64,000 bases of DNA from Candidatus Bathyarchaeota archaeon (GCA_963717465.1 OY970340.1:1056001-1120000), one strand, 5' to 3'; shown: positions 39,392-49,872, counted from the stretch's first letter. Program-made: numbers and translations. The notes: generated from the letters alone by a model not told the origin.

Positions 39392-41164
39392 ATGGAGGAA
39401 AAACGTTTACTTAGTATCTTTGGCATCCTTGGCTTCTCTGCCAGCGTCATATGTGTCTGCTTAGGCGCAATTGTTTTTTTCCTTAATCGGAAGTCTTCTC
39501 TGAACTTTCTTTTTGCTTTAGCAGCTCTTTTTGCTTCTTATTGGACGTTTACTGAAGCGATGACGGTACAAGCAAGCAATGCTGCGAATGCTGTTTGGTG
39601 GGATAAGGCAAATTGTTTGTGGCCGTTTTTTATCGTCCTTGCAGTTCATTTTTTAATGGTTTTTACTAATACCAAGTTGGCTAAGCCTAAATTATTTTAT
39701 TCAGCTCTTTACTTGCCTGCGATATGTATTTCCTTAATCGGTTTAATAATTGATCCAATTTATTCAGTTGCCGTTGAAACGTATTGGGGATACATTGTTA
39801 CTTACACTGACACATGGTCTACTGTCTTATGTACAGTTTGGGCGACAGGGTTGGCTCTTTTTGGAATTTTTTTGATTATAAAATATTATCTTAAGGTGGC
39901 AGATGAAACAAAAAAGTTACAGGCTAAATACGTTACAGTAGGGTTCTGTGTGCCTGCCTTTACCTACATGATAACAAATATATTTTTTCCAGCATTTGGA
40001 ATAGCGACTCCAGATTTGGTTGGTATTTCCACCGGTATTTTGGGTTGCTTGGTTGCCTACGCAATTTGGAAATACGAGTTATTCAACTTGAACCCAGTTT
40101 TAGTCGCGGAAAATATTATTTCTACCATGCCTGATTCCTTAATTCTTGCTGATTCTCAGAATCGAATTCTTAGAGTAAACAAAGCAATCTTTAATTCTTT
40201 AGGCTATGCCGAATCAGAGCTTGTCGGTAAATCAGTCTCTGACTTGTTTTTAGACAAAAAGCAAGGCTCGCAGGTCATAGAGCAATTGTTCAGCAAACGT
40301 GAAATTAACAGTTTAGAAACAAAAATTAAAACCAAATCCGGTGAAGAAAAAACAGTTTTATTTTCAGGATCTGTGGTCAAGAATAAGAGAGGTCAAGACA
40401 TTGGAATAACCTGCATTATTCATGACATAACTGATCGTAAATTGATGGAAGAAAAACTTGTCAAAGCGGAGCGGTTTGCCTCTATCGGCGAGTTGGCAGG
40501 CATGATTGGACATGATTTGCGCAACCCGTTAACAAGTATCCGTGCCGCAACTTATTACTTAAAGAACAAGTATCCTACCAAGATGACTGATACTGAAAAA
40601 GAAATGTTTCGCGCACTTGAGAGTGCCATTGCGTATTCGGATAAAATTATTGTTGATTTATTGGATTACTCAAGAAATATAGTACTGGAATTAAAACTTG
40701 TTAATCTGGAAATGTTGATATCAAATGTGTTTAAAAACATTCAGACACCGCAGAACATAGAGGTCAAGAATTTAATTGAAAAGACTCTGGAAGTAAATGT
40801 TGATGTAGTTAAAATGAATCGCGTTTTTGAAAATATTATTAAGAATGCTTTTGACGCTATGCCAAAAGGTGGGACCCTGACAATTTCAAGCCAAATAATC
40901 GACGAAAATTTGAGCTTGCAATTCAGTGATTCAGGTGAAGGCATGTCGGAGGATACTTTACATAAGATATGGGTTCCACTGTTTACTACCAAAGCTAAGG
41001 GGATAGGGTTTGGTTTATCCATTTGCAAGCGTATTGTTGAGGCTCATGGAGGTAGAATCTTTGCTGAAAGTACAATTGGGAAAGGAACAACAATCACAGT
41101 TGCGCTTCCCTCAAGTGCTCAACCATTCACAGAGAAAGAAAAACTTATGTTGACTGAATCTTAA
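39392..41164 (+). CDS. Histidine kinase with 7TM sensor and one PAS domain (paralog of 30673-32844)
   Basis: GHDLRNPL, NAFDAM, KGIGFGL; shared ENI.ST.PDSLIL and KTVLFSGS segments. Confidence 0.92.
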   Translation: MEEKRLLSIFGILGFSASVICVCLGAIVFFLNRKSSLNFLFALAALFASYWTFTEAMTVQASNAANAVWWDKANCLWPFFIVLAVHFLMVFTNTKLAKPKLFYSALYLPAICISLIGLIIDPIYSVAVETYWGYIVTYTDTWSTVLCTVWATGLALFGIFLIIKYYLKVADETKKLQAKYVTVGFCVPAFTYMITNIFFPAFGIATPDLVGISTGILGCLVAYAIWKYELFNLNPVLVAENIISTMPDSLILADSQNRILRVNKAIFNSLGYAESELVGKSVSDLFLDKKQGSQVIEQLFSKREINSLETKIKTKSGEEKTVLFSGSVVKNKRGQDIGITCIIHDITDRKLMEEKLVKAERFASIGELAGMIGHDLRNPLTSIRAATYYLKNKYPTKMTDTEKEMFRALESAIAYSDKIIVDLLDYSRNIVLELKLVNLEMLISNVFKNIQTPQNIEVKNLIEKTLEVNVDVVKMNRVFENIIKNAFDAMPKGGTLTISSQIIDENLSLQFSDSGEGMSEDTLHKIWVPLFTTKAKGIGFGLSICKRIVEAHGGRIFAESTIGKGTTITVALPSSAQPFTEKEKLMLTES

Positions 41165-41466
41165 TCATTTTTGCTTTGAAAAAAAGCAGTGATGATCTAT
41201 TCGGTTCAAAGGGCTCCAAAGAATAGCAGGGTCTTAGCGGCATCTTCTAATATTTGATGCCAAAAACATTATGCTTCATTATGCAACTTTACGGCTTAAT
41301 TATTTTCGCTTTTTAGTCGCTTCCATTGGGAAAAGGTTAAATTTTTGATTTATGATTGTGCACAACCGAAGTTAAATAGAAACAGGCTATTTCAATGTCT
41401 AAGTTAAAAAGAGAAAATCATAGTTCTCAAACATATCAATTCAAGAATAATTATACATTAACAAAC

Positions 41467-42204
41467 ATGCTTTCCAAGATCAGATTCATTTCAGTAATGC
41501 TTGTTTCTGCAATTATTTTTTCTTGCGTCAGTATTCCTTTTGTTTTTGCTGACACGTCTACTCCTGATTACGCGTTTAATGGTGCAAATTTGACGTATCA
41601 GATTTCTGGGACATACGTATTTTCATACATTGGCAATGTTTCCTATGTAGTTAGCAATGTGAACTCGACTGCACAAACATTTCTCGTCACAGTCAACTAC
41701 GGGGGCAACTTATCCGAAGTTTACAGTTCAGGTAGCAGTGTCGTTACATTTCAAGACCCTTCTCCCCTGCCTGCAGTCCCCCCGTCAGTTCTTCAAGAGT
41801 TACTTACAGGTCAAGGCAGTGGACCGTACGCTTATTACACGATAACTACTGGGGTTATAGTATCCGTACCTGCTGGTACATTCACTGCAGTTGAGTTGCA
41901 ATATGGCGACACTAGCATGTGGGTTGATCAGAATACTGGTATAATTCTAAAATATACTGGGTCATCTAGTAGTCTCTCGTCCGTAGATGAGGAGCTGCAA
42001 AGCACAAATATTGCAGGGGCCTCAGCTTTTCCAACAGTCTTGGTTGCAGTAATTATTGCAGTGGTAGTTGTCGCATGTGTAATTATTTTTTTGCTTTTTA
42101 GAAGAAGATCAAGACAGAAGCTAATTGACAGCAATCTAAATCAATCAACCAACCAATGTGCCATCTCCTCCGCCACTGCCTTAAACTACAAGCGTAATGC
42201 GTAA
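41467..42204 (+). CDS. Secreted, C-terminally anchored surface protein, tandem paralog 1
   Basis: Signal peptide, VSVPAGTFTAVEL and WVDQNTGIILK motifs, TM + RRRSR. Confidence 0.8.
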   Translation: MLSKIRFISVMLVSAIIFSCVSIPFVFADTSTPDYAFNGANLTYQISGTYVFSYIGNVSYVVSNVNSTAQTFLVTVNYGGNLSEVYSSGSSVVTFQDPSPLPAVPPSVLQELLTGQGSGPYAYYTITTGVIVSVPAGTFTAVELQYGDTSMWVDQNTGIILKYTGSSSSLSSVDEELQSTNIAGASAFPTVLVAVIIAVVVVACVIIFLLFRRRSRQKLIDSNLNQSTNQCAISSATALNYKRNA

Positions 42205-42477
42205 TGATATTGTGTGTACTGGACTTAGCAAAATTGATGTTGAAGTTGACCAAAGGGATTTGAACCCTTGCTAAATGCAACTATGCCGTTTTGTCATAGT
42301 CCTGTTCCCCAAAAGCTTCCTTTTTGAGAAAGGTTAAATTATGCTTGCTTGTTTTATCATTTTCCGCAGCCGAGTTAAATAAGGAATAGGTGAAAGGCTA
42401 TTTCAGTGTTTAATCTAAAAGAAATAGGCTTAAGTTTAGACAGAGATTGCTTCGAACATAATTATAAATTAACAAGT

Positions 42478-43209
42478 ATGTTTTCGAAAACTATATTCTT
42501 TTCAGTTATGCTTGTTTCTGCAATTATTTTTTCTTGTGTCAGTATTCCTTCTGTTTTTGCTGACACGTCTACTCCTGCTTACGCATTTAATGGTGCAAAT
42601 GTAACATATCAGATTTCTGAAACAACTGGTGGCTCAACGTATAGCGGCACTATTTCTTATACGGTTAGCAATGTTGACACGACAGCGCAGACTTTTACTG
42701 TAACTACAAGTTATACTGGAAATTTGGCAACACTTGAGGGTTCAGGAGGCAGTGTTTCTACTTCATTTGATAGCTCTGGATTTGCAGTATCCCCGTCTGA
42801 CCTTCAAGAGTTAAATAAAGGTCAAGCCACTGCTACATATGCTGATTATACTGTAACCGATGGAGTTTCAGTGACAGTACCCGCCGGCACATTTACCGCA
42901 GTAGAATTACAATCTAGCGATACTAGCATTTGGTTTGATCAGAACACGGGTATACTGCTAAAAATAACTGGTTCATACGGAGATCTTTCTTCAGCAAATG
43001 CACAACTTCAAAGCACAAATGTTCCAGGAACCTCAGCTTTTCCAACACTCTTAGTAGTAGTAATTATTGTTGCTGTCGCAGTTGTGTGCATAATCATTTT
43101 CCTAATGTTTAGAAGAAGAAAATCAAGACAAAAGCTGATAGATAGTAATTCAAATCAATCAACCAACCTTCCTCCTCCTCCGCCTCCTCCACCACCACCG
43201 CCGCCTTAA
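42478..43209 (+). CDS. Secreted, C-terminally anchored surface protein, tandem paralog 2 with poly-proline tail
   Basis: Same architecture as paralog 1; ends NLPPPPPPPPPPPP. Confidence 0.82.
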   Translation: MFSKTIFFSVMLVSAIIFSCVSIPSVFADTSTPAYAFNGANVTYQISETTGGSTYSGTISYTVSNVDTTAQTFTVTTSYTGNLATLEGSGGSVSTSFDSSGFAVSPSDLQELNKGQATATYADYTVTDGVSVTVPAGTFTAVELQSSDTSIWFDQNTGILLKITGSYGDLSSANAQLQSTNVPGTSAFPTLLVVVIIVAVAVVCIIIFLMFRRRKSRQKLIDSNSNQSTNLPPPPPPPPPPPP

Positions 43210-43525
43210 CCAATAAGCACAATGTGTAATGATATCGAATGTACATTGGGAATTAGCAAAATGATGTTGAAGTTGACCGGCGAGGTAGCCCAAAGAAGAT
43301 TTCATGCTAAAACCACTTTTTGCCATCGAATAATTGCTTGAGTCGTTGAGACTGCGCCTGTCCAGCAGAAATCATCAGTGCATTTTGCGTAAGGGGTCAC
43401 TCGCCAATTAACCTCAATTATATCTGAAACCCCGTTCTTAACCTCGTTGTTATCAACTTGAAGAGTTGTTTAATCTAGCAAGCAAACGTTAGCTGATCGT
43501 TGAAAAATTTGTGGAATGGAATGCC

Positions 43526-44290
43526 TTAATATGCACTCCAGCCTTTATCGACTGAAAGAATTACACCGGTTATGAACGAAGAATCATCGCTTGCTAAGAA
43601 TAATGCAGCCTTTGCAATTTCCTCGGGCTGGCCCATTTCAGTCATCGCTGCTCCATAATTGACATCGTCTTTAGCCATGCCCGCTTTACTAATATCTATT
43701 TCGAAGTTCATAGTTGTTTGAAAAGCACCAGGAGCTATTCCATTGCATCGTATACCTAAATTACGGTATAAGAATCCTGTATTTTTTGTTAACCCAACTA
43801 GAGCCCACTTACTTGAGGTATATGCAGCTCCAGCTTCACCTCCACCTAAGCCTCCTCTTGAACAAATGTTAACAATAACGCCAGCTCCCTTTGGCAGGAA
43901 CACATTTTTGATAGCGTACCGCATTGACCTAAATGGGCCCTCAAAATTAACCCCCATTACTTTTTTCCACAGTCCATCATCAACTTCATGCACCAGACCG
44001 AAATTATCCATAACGCCAGCATTATTTACCAAAATATCCAATGTTCCATACGTGTTAACTGCTACGTTAATCATGTTTTGTACATCTTCTTCTTTTGTAA
44101 CATTTGAAAGAAGAGTTGTTACTTGTCCACCCATCTGCTCAATTTCAGATTTAGTTTCATCAAGCCTAGTCTGAATGATATCAGTAGCTATAACTTTGCT
44201 ACCTTCTGCAACAAACAATTTTGCAATTTCTTTTCCCATTCCAGAGCCTGCGCCAGTTACGATGGTTACTTTATTCTCCAATTTTTTCAT
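43526..44290 (-). CDS. Short-chain dehydrogenase/reductase
   Basis: TGAGSGMG, NNAG, YTSSK; SD GGAGGTGA. Confidence 0.93.
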   Translation of the reverse strand: MKKLENKVTIVTGAGSGMGKEIAKLFVAEGSKVIATDIIQTRLDETKSEIEQMGGQVTTLLSNVTKEEDVQNMINVAVNTYGTLDILVNNAGVMDNFGLVHEVDDGLWKKVMGVNFEGPFRSMRYAIKNVFLPKGAGVIVNICSRGGLGGGEAGAAYTSSKWALVGLTKNTGFLYRNLGIRCNGIAPGAFQTTMNFEIDISKAGMAKDDVNYGAAMTEMGQPEEIAKAALFLASDDSSFITGVILSVDKGWSAY

Positions 44291-44351
44291 TGTACTCTTC
44301 ACCTCCTGCAAACGTGCCTATAACTAGATGTTTTAAAGGGAAAATTGTACA

Positions 44352-44849
44352 TTATTCGAGGCCCATCATACTTTCTAACTCGTTCCGACGTTCTTTAAAA
44401 CGCCATTTACCATCTTCGCACTTGACAAATTTGTCAAAGTACCGGCCGAAGCACAGAACGAAAGGTCCACTCTCTCCACCATTGTCGAGTCGCACAAAAT
44501 ATGTTACTGCCGATGCCTTGTCGTTGCCCTCCAACTTGATTACTGGCTCAATGATGAGATGTTTATGATAAGCCTCGGGAGCATGGTCATGCATGTGGAT
44601 ATAATCACTCAAGTCTTTTCCGCTGTATCCATCTTCGGGTTGTGGTATGCCGAAAAGTTCAGGCATTTTAACTCCACGGATACCTGACCAGTAATGTGCA
44701 TCCTTAGTAAAGAGATCAAGCCATTCTTCGGCCAAGCCATAGTCGATTGCATGGGCATACGCGTTCATTGTTTGCTGTATGTCTCGTTCCGCCTCTAATG
44801 CTTCTAAACGTTGCTCCAAAGCTTTTACACGCTTTTCCATTTCACTCAT
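44352..44849 (-). CDS. SnoaL/NTF2-like protein (BaiE/LinA dehydratase-like)
   Basis: YAHAID...LFTKDA...HKH...GRYFDKFVKCEDGKWRFKER. Confidence 0.82.
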   Translation of the reverse strand: MSEMEKRVKALEQRLEALEAERDIQQTMNAYAHAIDYGLAEEWLDLFTKDAHYWSGIRGVKMPELFGIPQPEDGYSGKDLSDYIHMHDHAPEAYHKHLIIEPVIKLEGNDKASAVTYFVRLDNGGESGPFVLCFGRYFDKFVKCEDGKWRFKERRNELESMMGLE

Positions 44850-44881
44850 AACTATTTCCTTCTAAATTTCCCATTCATTTT

Positions 44882-45664
44882 CTATCCGAAAATATTATCG
44901 TCATGCATGATGTATTGTCCTGTTCGGTCATCAATTTTTCCCGCTGCCATGAATAGAATCCGTTTGATAATTGCCTCAGGGCTTTGTGCATCCGCGTTAT
45001 ACACATCTTTGAACCAAGGCATCCATTTTTCATTTTTCTCCGTTAAGCAGTTATCATTTAAAGTTGTATTCTTCACAACTCCAGGTTCGGTGGCAAAGAC
45101 GCTTATTCCGTGCTCTTGTAACTCAACAGCGAGGGTCTCAGTAAGTTTTGTAAGTGCAATCTTGCTAACCATGTAAGCGGACAAGTAAGGTAATGTCACA
45201 GAATATGCTCCACTGGTAATGTTAACAATACGTCCACGTCCACGCTTAATCATTCCAGGCAAAACAGCTCGGATAAGAAGAACTGGTCCCCGCAAATTGA
45301 TGTTTTGGCATTGCCACCAGTCATCAGGGTCCACTTCCCAAAGAGGCCCAACTGGATCATTGGTTGCAGCACTGTTTACCAACAAATCAACGGGACCTAA
45401 TTCCTTTTCAATCTGTTTTATCGCGCGCTCGACCGCAGGGCGATCAGTAACGTTCAGCGGTAAAGCGTATCCACGTCCTCCTTTTGCCTTAATAAGATCA
45501 ACTGTTTTAGCTAAATGCTCAGCTGAACGGGAGATAACTGCTACAGTTGCTCCTGCCTCAGCGAGGGCTATAGCTAATGCCTGTCCTATTCCGGTTCCTC
45601 CGCCGGTAACAATCGCTACTTGATTTTTAAGATTTATAGATTCTTTTTGATCATTTTTACTCAT
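44882..45664 (-). CDS. Short-chain dehydrogenase/reductase
   Basis: TGGGTGIG, LVNSA, YMVSK. Confidence 0.92.
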   Translation of the reverse strand: MSKNDQKESINLKNQVAIVTGGGTGIGQALAIALAEAGATVAVISRSAEHLAKTVDLIKAKGGRGYALPLNVTDRPAVERAIKQIEKELGPVDLLVNSAATNDPVGPLWEVDPDDWWQCQNINLRGPVLLIRAVLPGMIKRGRGRIVNITSGAYSVTLPYLSAYMVSKIALTKLTETLAVELQEHGISVFATEPGVVKNTTLNDNCLTEKNEKWMPWFKDVYNADAQSPEAIIKRILFMAAGKIDDRTGQYIMHDDNIFG

Positions 45665-45694
45665 AATTTTTTTCTCCACTTGTTTTTTCAACTA

Positions 45695-47425
45695 TTATTC
45701 TTTAACGATTTCTTTTCCCGCTATGTAAGCCATGGTGAGTGCGGGTCCTATTGTAGATCCACCGCCAGGATAACCCCAGCCTAAAACGCATCCCGAGTTG
45801 TTTCCGGCTGCATATAGGCCTGGTATTGGTTTGTCATTCCAGTCGAGTGCTTGGCCATATTTGTTTATCGCTATGCCTCCTGCGGTGCCAAGAGCTCCGG
45901 GGAGAACTTGGATTGCGTAGTACGGTGGCTTCTCAATGGTTCCTAGGGTTGAATTCTTGTAGATTCCTCGTTTTTCGCCTATTTTGTCTCCGTAGAACCA
46001 GTCATAGTAGCTTTCGCCTCGATGGAATTCTGGGTCTTTGCCTTCTTTTGCATATTTGTTAAAGTTCTTCACTGTTTCCTCTAAGCCAGCGGGATCCATG
46101 CCGCATTTCTCAGCCAGTTCTTTTAGAGTATTTCCTTTTTTAACTGGTGGGTCTGGTAGGTCTTGGTCCATTGGAATCTGAGCGATTAAATGGGTTTTGT
46201 GGCAAAACTCGTCAAAAATCATCCAGGAGGGATGATTTGTCCATTCATGTTTTATTGCATCGTATTGTTGTAATGTTCTCATTACGCTTCTGTAGTTTTG
46301 GCCTTCGTCTGTGAATCGTTTTCCGTATTTGTTGACCCATATTGTTCCTGGGGCAACTTTATCGTACATGATGGTTCTGTAAGATGGTTGGCCTTCGTAT
46401 GTATCTCCGGGGAAGTAGCATGTTGGGAAATACCATGCGTCTTGCATCTGTGACAGTTGTGCTCCAGCTTCCATTCCTATGCGTTGTCCATCGCCAGTGT
46501 TGTGTGGTCCGGGCATTGGTCCAATTAGTGGTCCTCTTGTAAAGGCTTTGATGAATTTTGGGTTCCATTCAAATCCGCCAGCGCACATGATTACTCCTTT
46601 TTTAGCGTGGATTGCTATTTCTTTGCCGTCTTTTTCTGCGATTAAGCCGACAACTTGGCCATTTTCTGTGACTAAGTGTTTAGCAGGTGTTTTAGTCATG
46701 ATGTCGATTTTATTATCGTAGCATGTCCATGCGAGTAGTGCTATTAAAGAAAGTCCCATGGAAATAATGTTGTTATTTCCTCTTTCAAGTACGATTCCAA
46801 AGTCCCATGCGCCTTCAGTTCCAATCGTGTTGAGTCCGCCCCACTTGTCGTTTTCATCAATCACTACTGGAAAGCCCTGTGGCATAATGCGAAGTTTCTC
46901 AACTAGTTCAGGCGGCATTGTTTTGGTGTCAAAGGCTATTGGTTCTATGGTTCTGCCTGCTTTAACTGCGCCGTCCCAGTCTGGATAATATTCAGGCATT
47001 AGTCTACAATGTGTCCATTTTACATGTGTGTGGTCTTCAAGATAGTCAGCCATCTTCCATGCATTATCTATGTATGTTTCTATGAGTTCATCGGTTGAAT
47101 ATCCAAGTGAGCATCTTTTTGCATACCTTTTGGCCATCTGTTGGCCTTCTTCGTTATCGATCCGCTTCCAATTCCAAACTTTCTTTATTGGATCCCAGAC
47201 TTCGACTTTGTAGCCCATTCTGAGGAATTTATTGTTAGGTACCCAAGCGCCGCCTCCAGAATAAGTTGTTGCTCCACCGATCATTTCGGTCTTCTCCAGC
47301 ACAACAACTTTCTTTGCGCCTTCAAGAGATGCAACGTTAGCTGCGCATAAACCAGAAGCCCCAGAACCTACGACAACAACGTCGGTTTCAATATCCCATT
47401 TTCCAGAATCATTTTTAAGTTCCAT
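45695..47425 (-). CDS. FAD-dependent oxidoreductase, 3-ketosteroid-delta1-dehydrogenase (KstD)-like
   Basis: GSGASG, GGATTYSGG, PEYYP, GGFEWN, RFTDEGQNY, LGTAGG, GYPGGGSTIG. Confidence 0.85.
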   Translation of the reverse strand: MELKNDSGKWDIETDVVVVGSGASGLCAANVASLEGAKKVVVLEKTEMIGGATTYSGGGAWVPNNKFLRMGYKVEVWDPIKKVWNWKRIDNEEGQQMAKRYAKRCSLGYSTDELIETYIDNAWKMADYLEDHTHVKWTHCRLMPEYYPDWDGAVKAGRTIEPIAFDTKTMPPELVEKLRIMPQGFPVVIDENDKWGGLNTIGTEGAWDFGIVLERGNNNIISMGLSLIALLAWTCYDNKIDIMTKTPAKHLVTENGQVVGLIAEKDGKEIAIHAKKGVIMCAGGFEWNPKFIKAFTRGPLIGPMPGPHNTGDGQRIGMEAGAQLSQMQDAWYFPTCYFPGDTYEGQPSYRTIMYDKVAPGTIWVNKYGKRFTDEGQNYRSVMRTLQQYDAIKHEWTNHPSWMIFDEFCHKTHLIAQIPMDQDLPDPPVKKGNTLKELAEKCGMDPAGLEETVKNFNKYAKEGKDPEFHRGESYYDWFYGDKIGEKRGIYKNSTLGTIEKPPYYAIQVLPGALGTAGGIAINKYGQALDWNDKPIPGLYAAGNNSGCVLGWGYPGGGSTIGPALTMAYIAGKEIVKE

Positions 47426-47753
47426 ATCCTATCACGATAATTTGAATTGTGTTGATAAATATTTAAAAAGAATCATAGGCAACTGTCAGTTTTCTGCCAC
47501 AAAATTAGCCTACATATTTAAATTTCTTACTTGCTTGTTTCCATTGTTGCATCAAAACAATAATCTTTGATACAATGGCAATCACCAATAGACGGAAAAT
47601 TCAACTTTTATTCTAAACTGTATTTTTAGCGAGCCTTCGAAGGAAAAAAACAGCAAGTAGGCTAATATGCATATGTTAATCTCTTCAGTGCATGCCAATT
47701 TATGTGTTATTGGGTAATTTGTGTTGAATGCTTCAATTGTTAACGGGCTATTG

Positions 47754-48386
47754 TTATTCTGTAGGTTCGAAGAATTTTCCAAAATTTCGCAGTGAAAACG
47801 GTTTTGGAAACTCTCTTCCAGTGCGAAACACGAAGGAGTTTACTTTTACGTTTTGAAGTATATTCTTCATCAATATTGCGTCTTTCTGTAATTTCTTAAA
47901 TAACTCAACATATTCTTCATAATTTCTGTGCATTGATACAATAACAAAATTTGTTGCGCCTAAGCCTTCATCCTGTAGAAAACATAATATTGCAGGATAT
48001 TTTTCCGCCCATACATGAAATTCACCAGGGGCTGGTGTAACCGCATCAGCACTTGAAACAAATGTAAACACGAGGATATCGATTCCTAATTTGTGCAAGT
48101 TCGGTATTGCGGTGTATTCTTGTATGTAGCCTTCTTGCTCCAGCTTTCTTATTCTTCTTGACAATGTTGTGTGAGTTATTCCTAAATCTTTAGAGATAGC
48201 TCTTTCGCTTTTATTACCTTGCGCCATTAGAGTAAACAAGACTTTGAGGATTTCCTGTTTCTCCTGTGTTTTCCTATCCACCATTTTCTTTTTCACAACT
48301 TTATCCATAGCATCAAAATATTCGCTACAAGTTTTAAATTTTTGTTTTTTATCGAATATTAATGTCAGTAAATGCGATTTAGACAT
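47754..48386 (-). CDS. Lrp/AsnC-type transcriptional regulator
   Basis: SERAISKDLGITHTTLSRRIRKLEQEGYIQEYTAIPN. Confidence 0.85.
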   Translation of the reverse strand: MSKSHLLTLIFDKKQKFKTCSEYFDAMDKVVKKKMVDRKTQEKQEILKVLFTLMAQGNKSERAISKDLGITHTTLSRRIRKLEQEGYIQEYTAIPNLHKLGIDILVFTFVSSADAVTPAPGEFHVWAEKYPAILCFLQDEGLGATNFVIVSMHRNYEEYVELFKKLQKDAILMKNILQNVKVNSFVFRTGREFPKPFSLRNFGKFFEPTE

Positions 48387-48561
48387 TTTTGGATTAATTG
48401 TCTCTCATTGGGTGGTCGGTAACTTTTAGGTTCATTTTCGCGCTCTGTTGTTAGAAGACACTATAGAGCATCAGCTATTAATGCTGGAAAATTGTGGTTG
48501 TCTTGCAAATTGTAATTTGAATCGAGCATTTCAACTTTGAATATTGCAACGAGTTAAAGGG

Positions 48562-49872
48562 TTAAGTTTTCTCCTCAGCAGGATTTACTAAGAGAAACAT
48601 GTTTTCCATGCCCACAACGATGACTGCTTCGCCCTTCTTTATCGATCTGCCTTTGGTGATGGCGCGCCAGAATTCGCCTTCTACTCGAACTTCTCCTTTA
48701 GGAATTAAGTCCGCAGTAGCGATGCCTTTCTTGCCTACCATGGTTTCCAAACCTGTGAGTTTTAAGCGTCGTCTTAGTGGCTTGATTATCCATCTGATGT
48801 ATAAGCCAATGATAACTCCAAAAATCACAAGTGCCACAAGCTCAATATCTGTTATCGCCGTTATCGGTGAAGGTGAATACTGCACGCCGTACGAAAGGAA
48901 GTAGATTCCGATCGCACCAAGGATTACTCCAGCCATAAGCGCAAACCCGTGCCCCAGTTTAAGCTCCAAAATAATTAGTGCAGCCGCTGCTACGAGTATA
49001 ACTATGCCCAGCCATGAGGCGCCAATTATCTCTGTTCCTACTAAGCCGGCAACTATTGCGATGACGCCTAAAATGGTTAGCCAAATGGTTGGGTGAAAAA
49101 AGTCTATCACAATTGCGACAATGCCTAATAGAATTAGGATGCCATCCAAAGTGGAATCGCTTAAGACGCTGAGCGTTTGCTCGTAGAAGCTTTCACTAAG
49201 CGTCACTTGGGGGTTTGCAGATAAACCCAGCTGATTCAGCGCGTCAGACAGCGAGTCTGCTGTCCCATCAGCAACATGGTTTGCCACTGCATCCTGCGCT
49301 GAAAATGCTTCGTCAGATTGAACCATATAATAAACTGCAGTTGTGTTGCGTCCCCAGTTCGATGCAAGGCTTGTCAAGTAATTCAGCATTGCCGCCTGCG
49401 TATGATTCTGTTCAAGGTCTGTTCCACCGACAACGATGGGTGTGCTGGGCCCAATTTCTGACCCTGGAGCCATAAGAATCTTGTTTGTTGCCATGGCTAT
49501 GTAGCTGCCTGCAGAAGCGCCCAAGCCGTTAGGCACTATGAAAGTGTATGTTGGGATGCCTGATTGGTTAGCCGTTGTAATAGATGATACGATGGACATC
49601 ATGTCACTCAAGGTTCCCCCAGGCGTATTCATCTCAATAACAATCGCAGATGCATTATCACTCTGAGCTGTCGTAACGACTCGGGCCATAAAAGCAGACG
49701 AACCTGGATCTACAGGAACATCAAAGTCCGCTATGATAACAGTGTTTCCCGACCCTGATGCAACTGGCTGCACTGACTCAGCAGCGGAAGAAGCCACAAA
49801 AACGCTTAACACAAACAGAAGCAATACTAAACCTAACAAGCCTACTATCAAAGAAGCACGAAAACGCTTCAC
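48562..49872 (-). CDS. nfeD: NfeD-family membrane-bound protease (ClpP-class domain + TM domain + OB fold)
   Basis: MNTPGG, GASAGSYI, MAPGS, GRN; C-terminal GEVRVEGEFWRA; probable GTG start at 49872. Confidence 0.85.
   Translation of the reverse strand: MKRFRASLIVGLLGLVLLLFVLSVFVASSAAESVQPVASGSGNTVIIADFDVPVDPGSSAFMARVVTTAQSDNASAIVIEMNTPGGTLSDMMSIVSSITTANQSGIPTYTFIVPNGLGASAGSYIAMATNKILMAPGSEIGPSTPIVVGGTDLEQNHTQAAMLNYLTSLASNWGRNTTAVYYMVQSDEAFSAQDAVANHVADGTADSLSDALNQLGLSANPQVTLSESFYEQTLSVLSDSTLDGILILLGIVAIVIDFFHPTIWLTILGVIAIVAGLVGTEIIGASWLGIVILVAAAALIILELKLGHGFALMAGVILGAIGIYFLSYGVQYSPSPITAITDIELVALVIFGVIIGLYIRWIIKPLRRRLKLTGLETMVGKKGIATADLIPKGEVRVEGEFWRAITKGRSIKKGEAVIVVGMENMFLLVNPAEEKT

Noticed and set aside
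43304..43471. Short open stretch on the minus strand after the truncated repeat copy
   Set aside because: No convincing start and no recognisable family; may be a gene relic but is unsupported.
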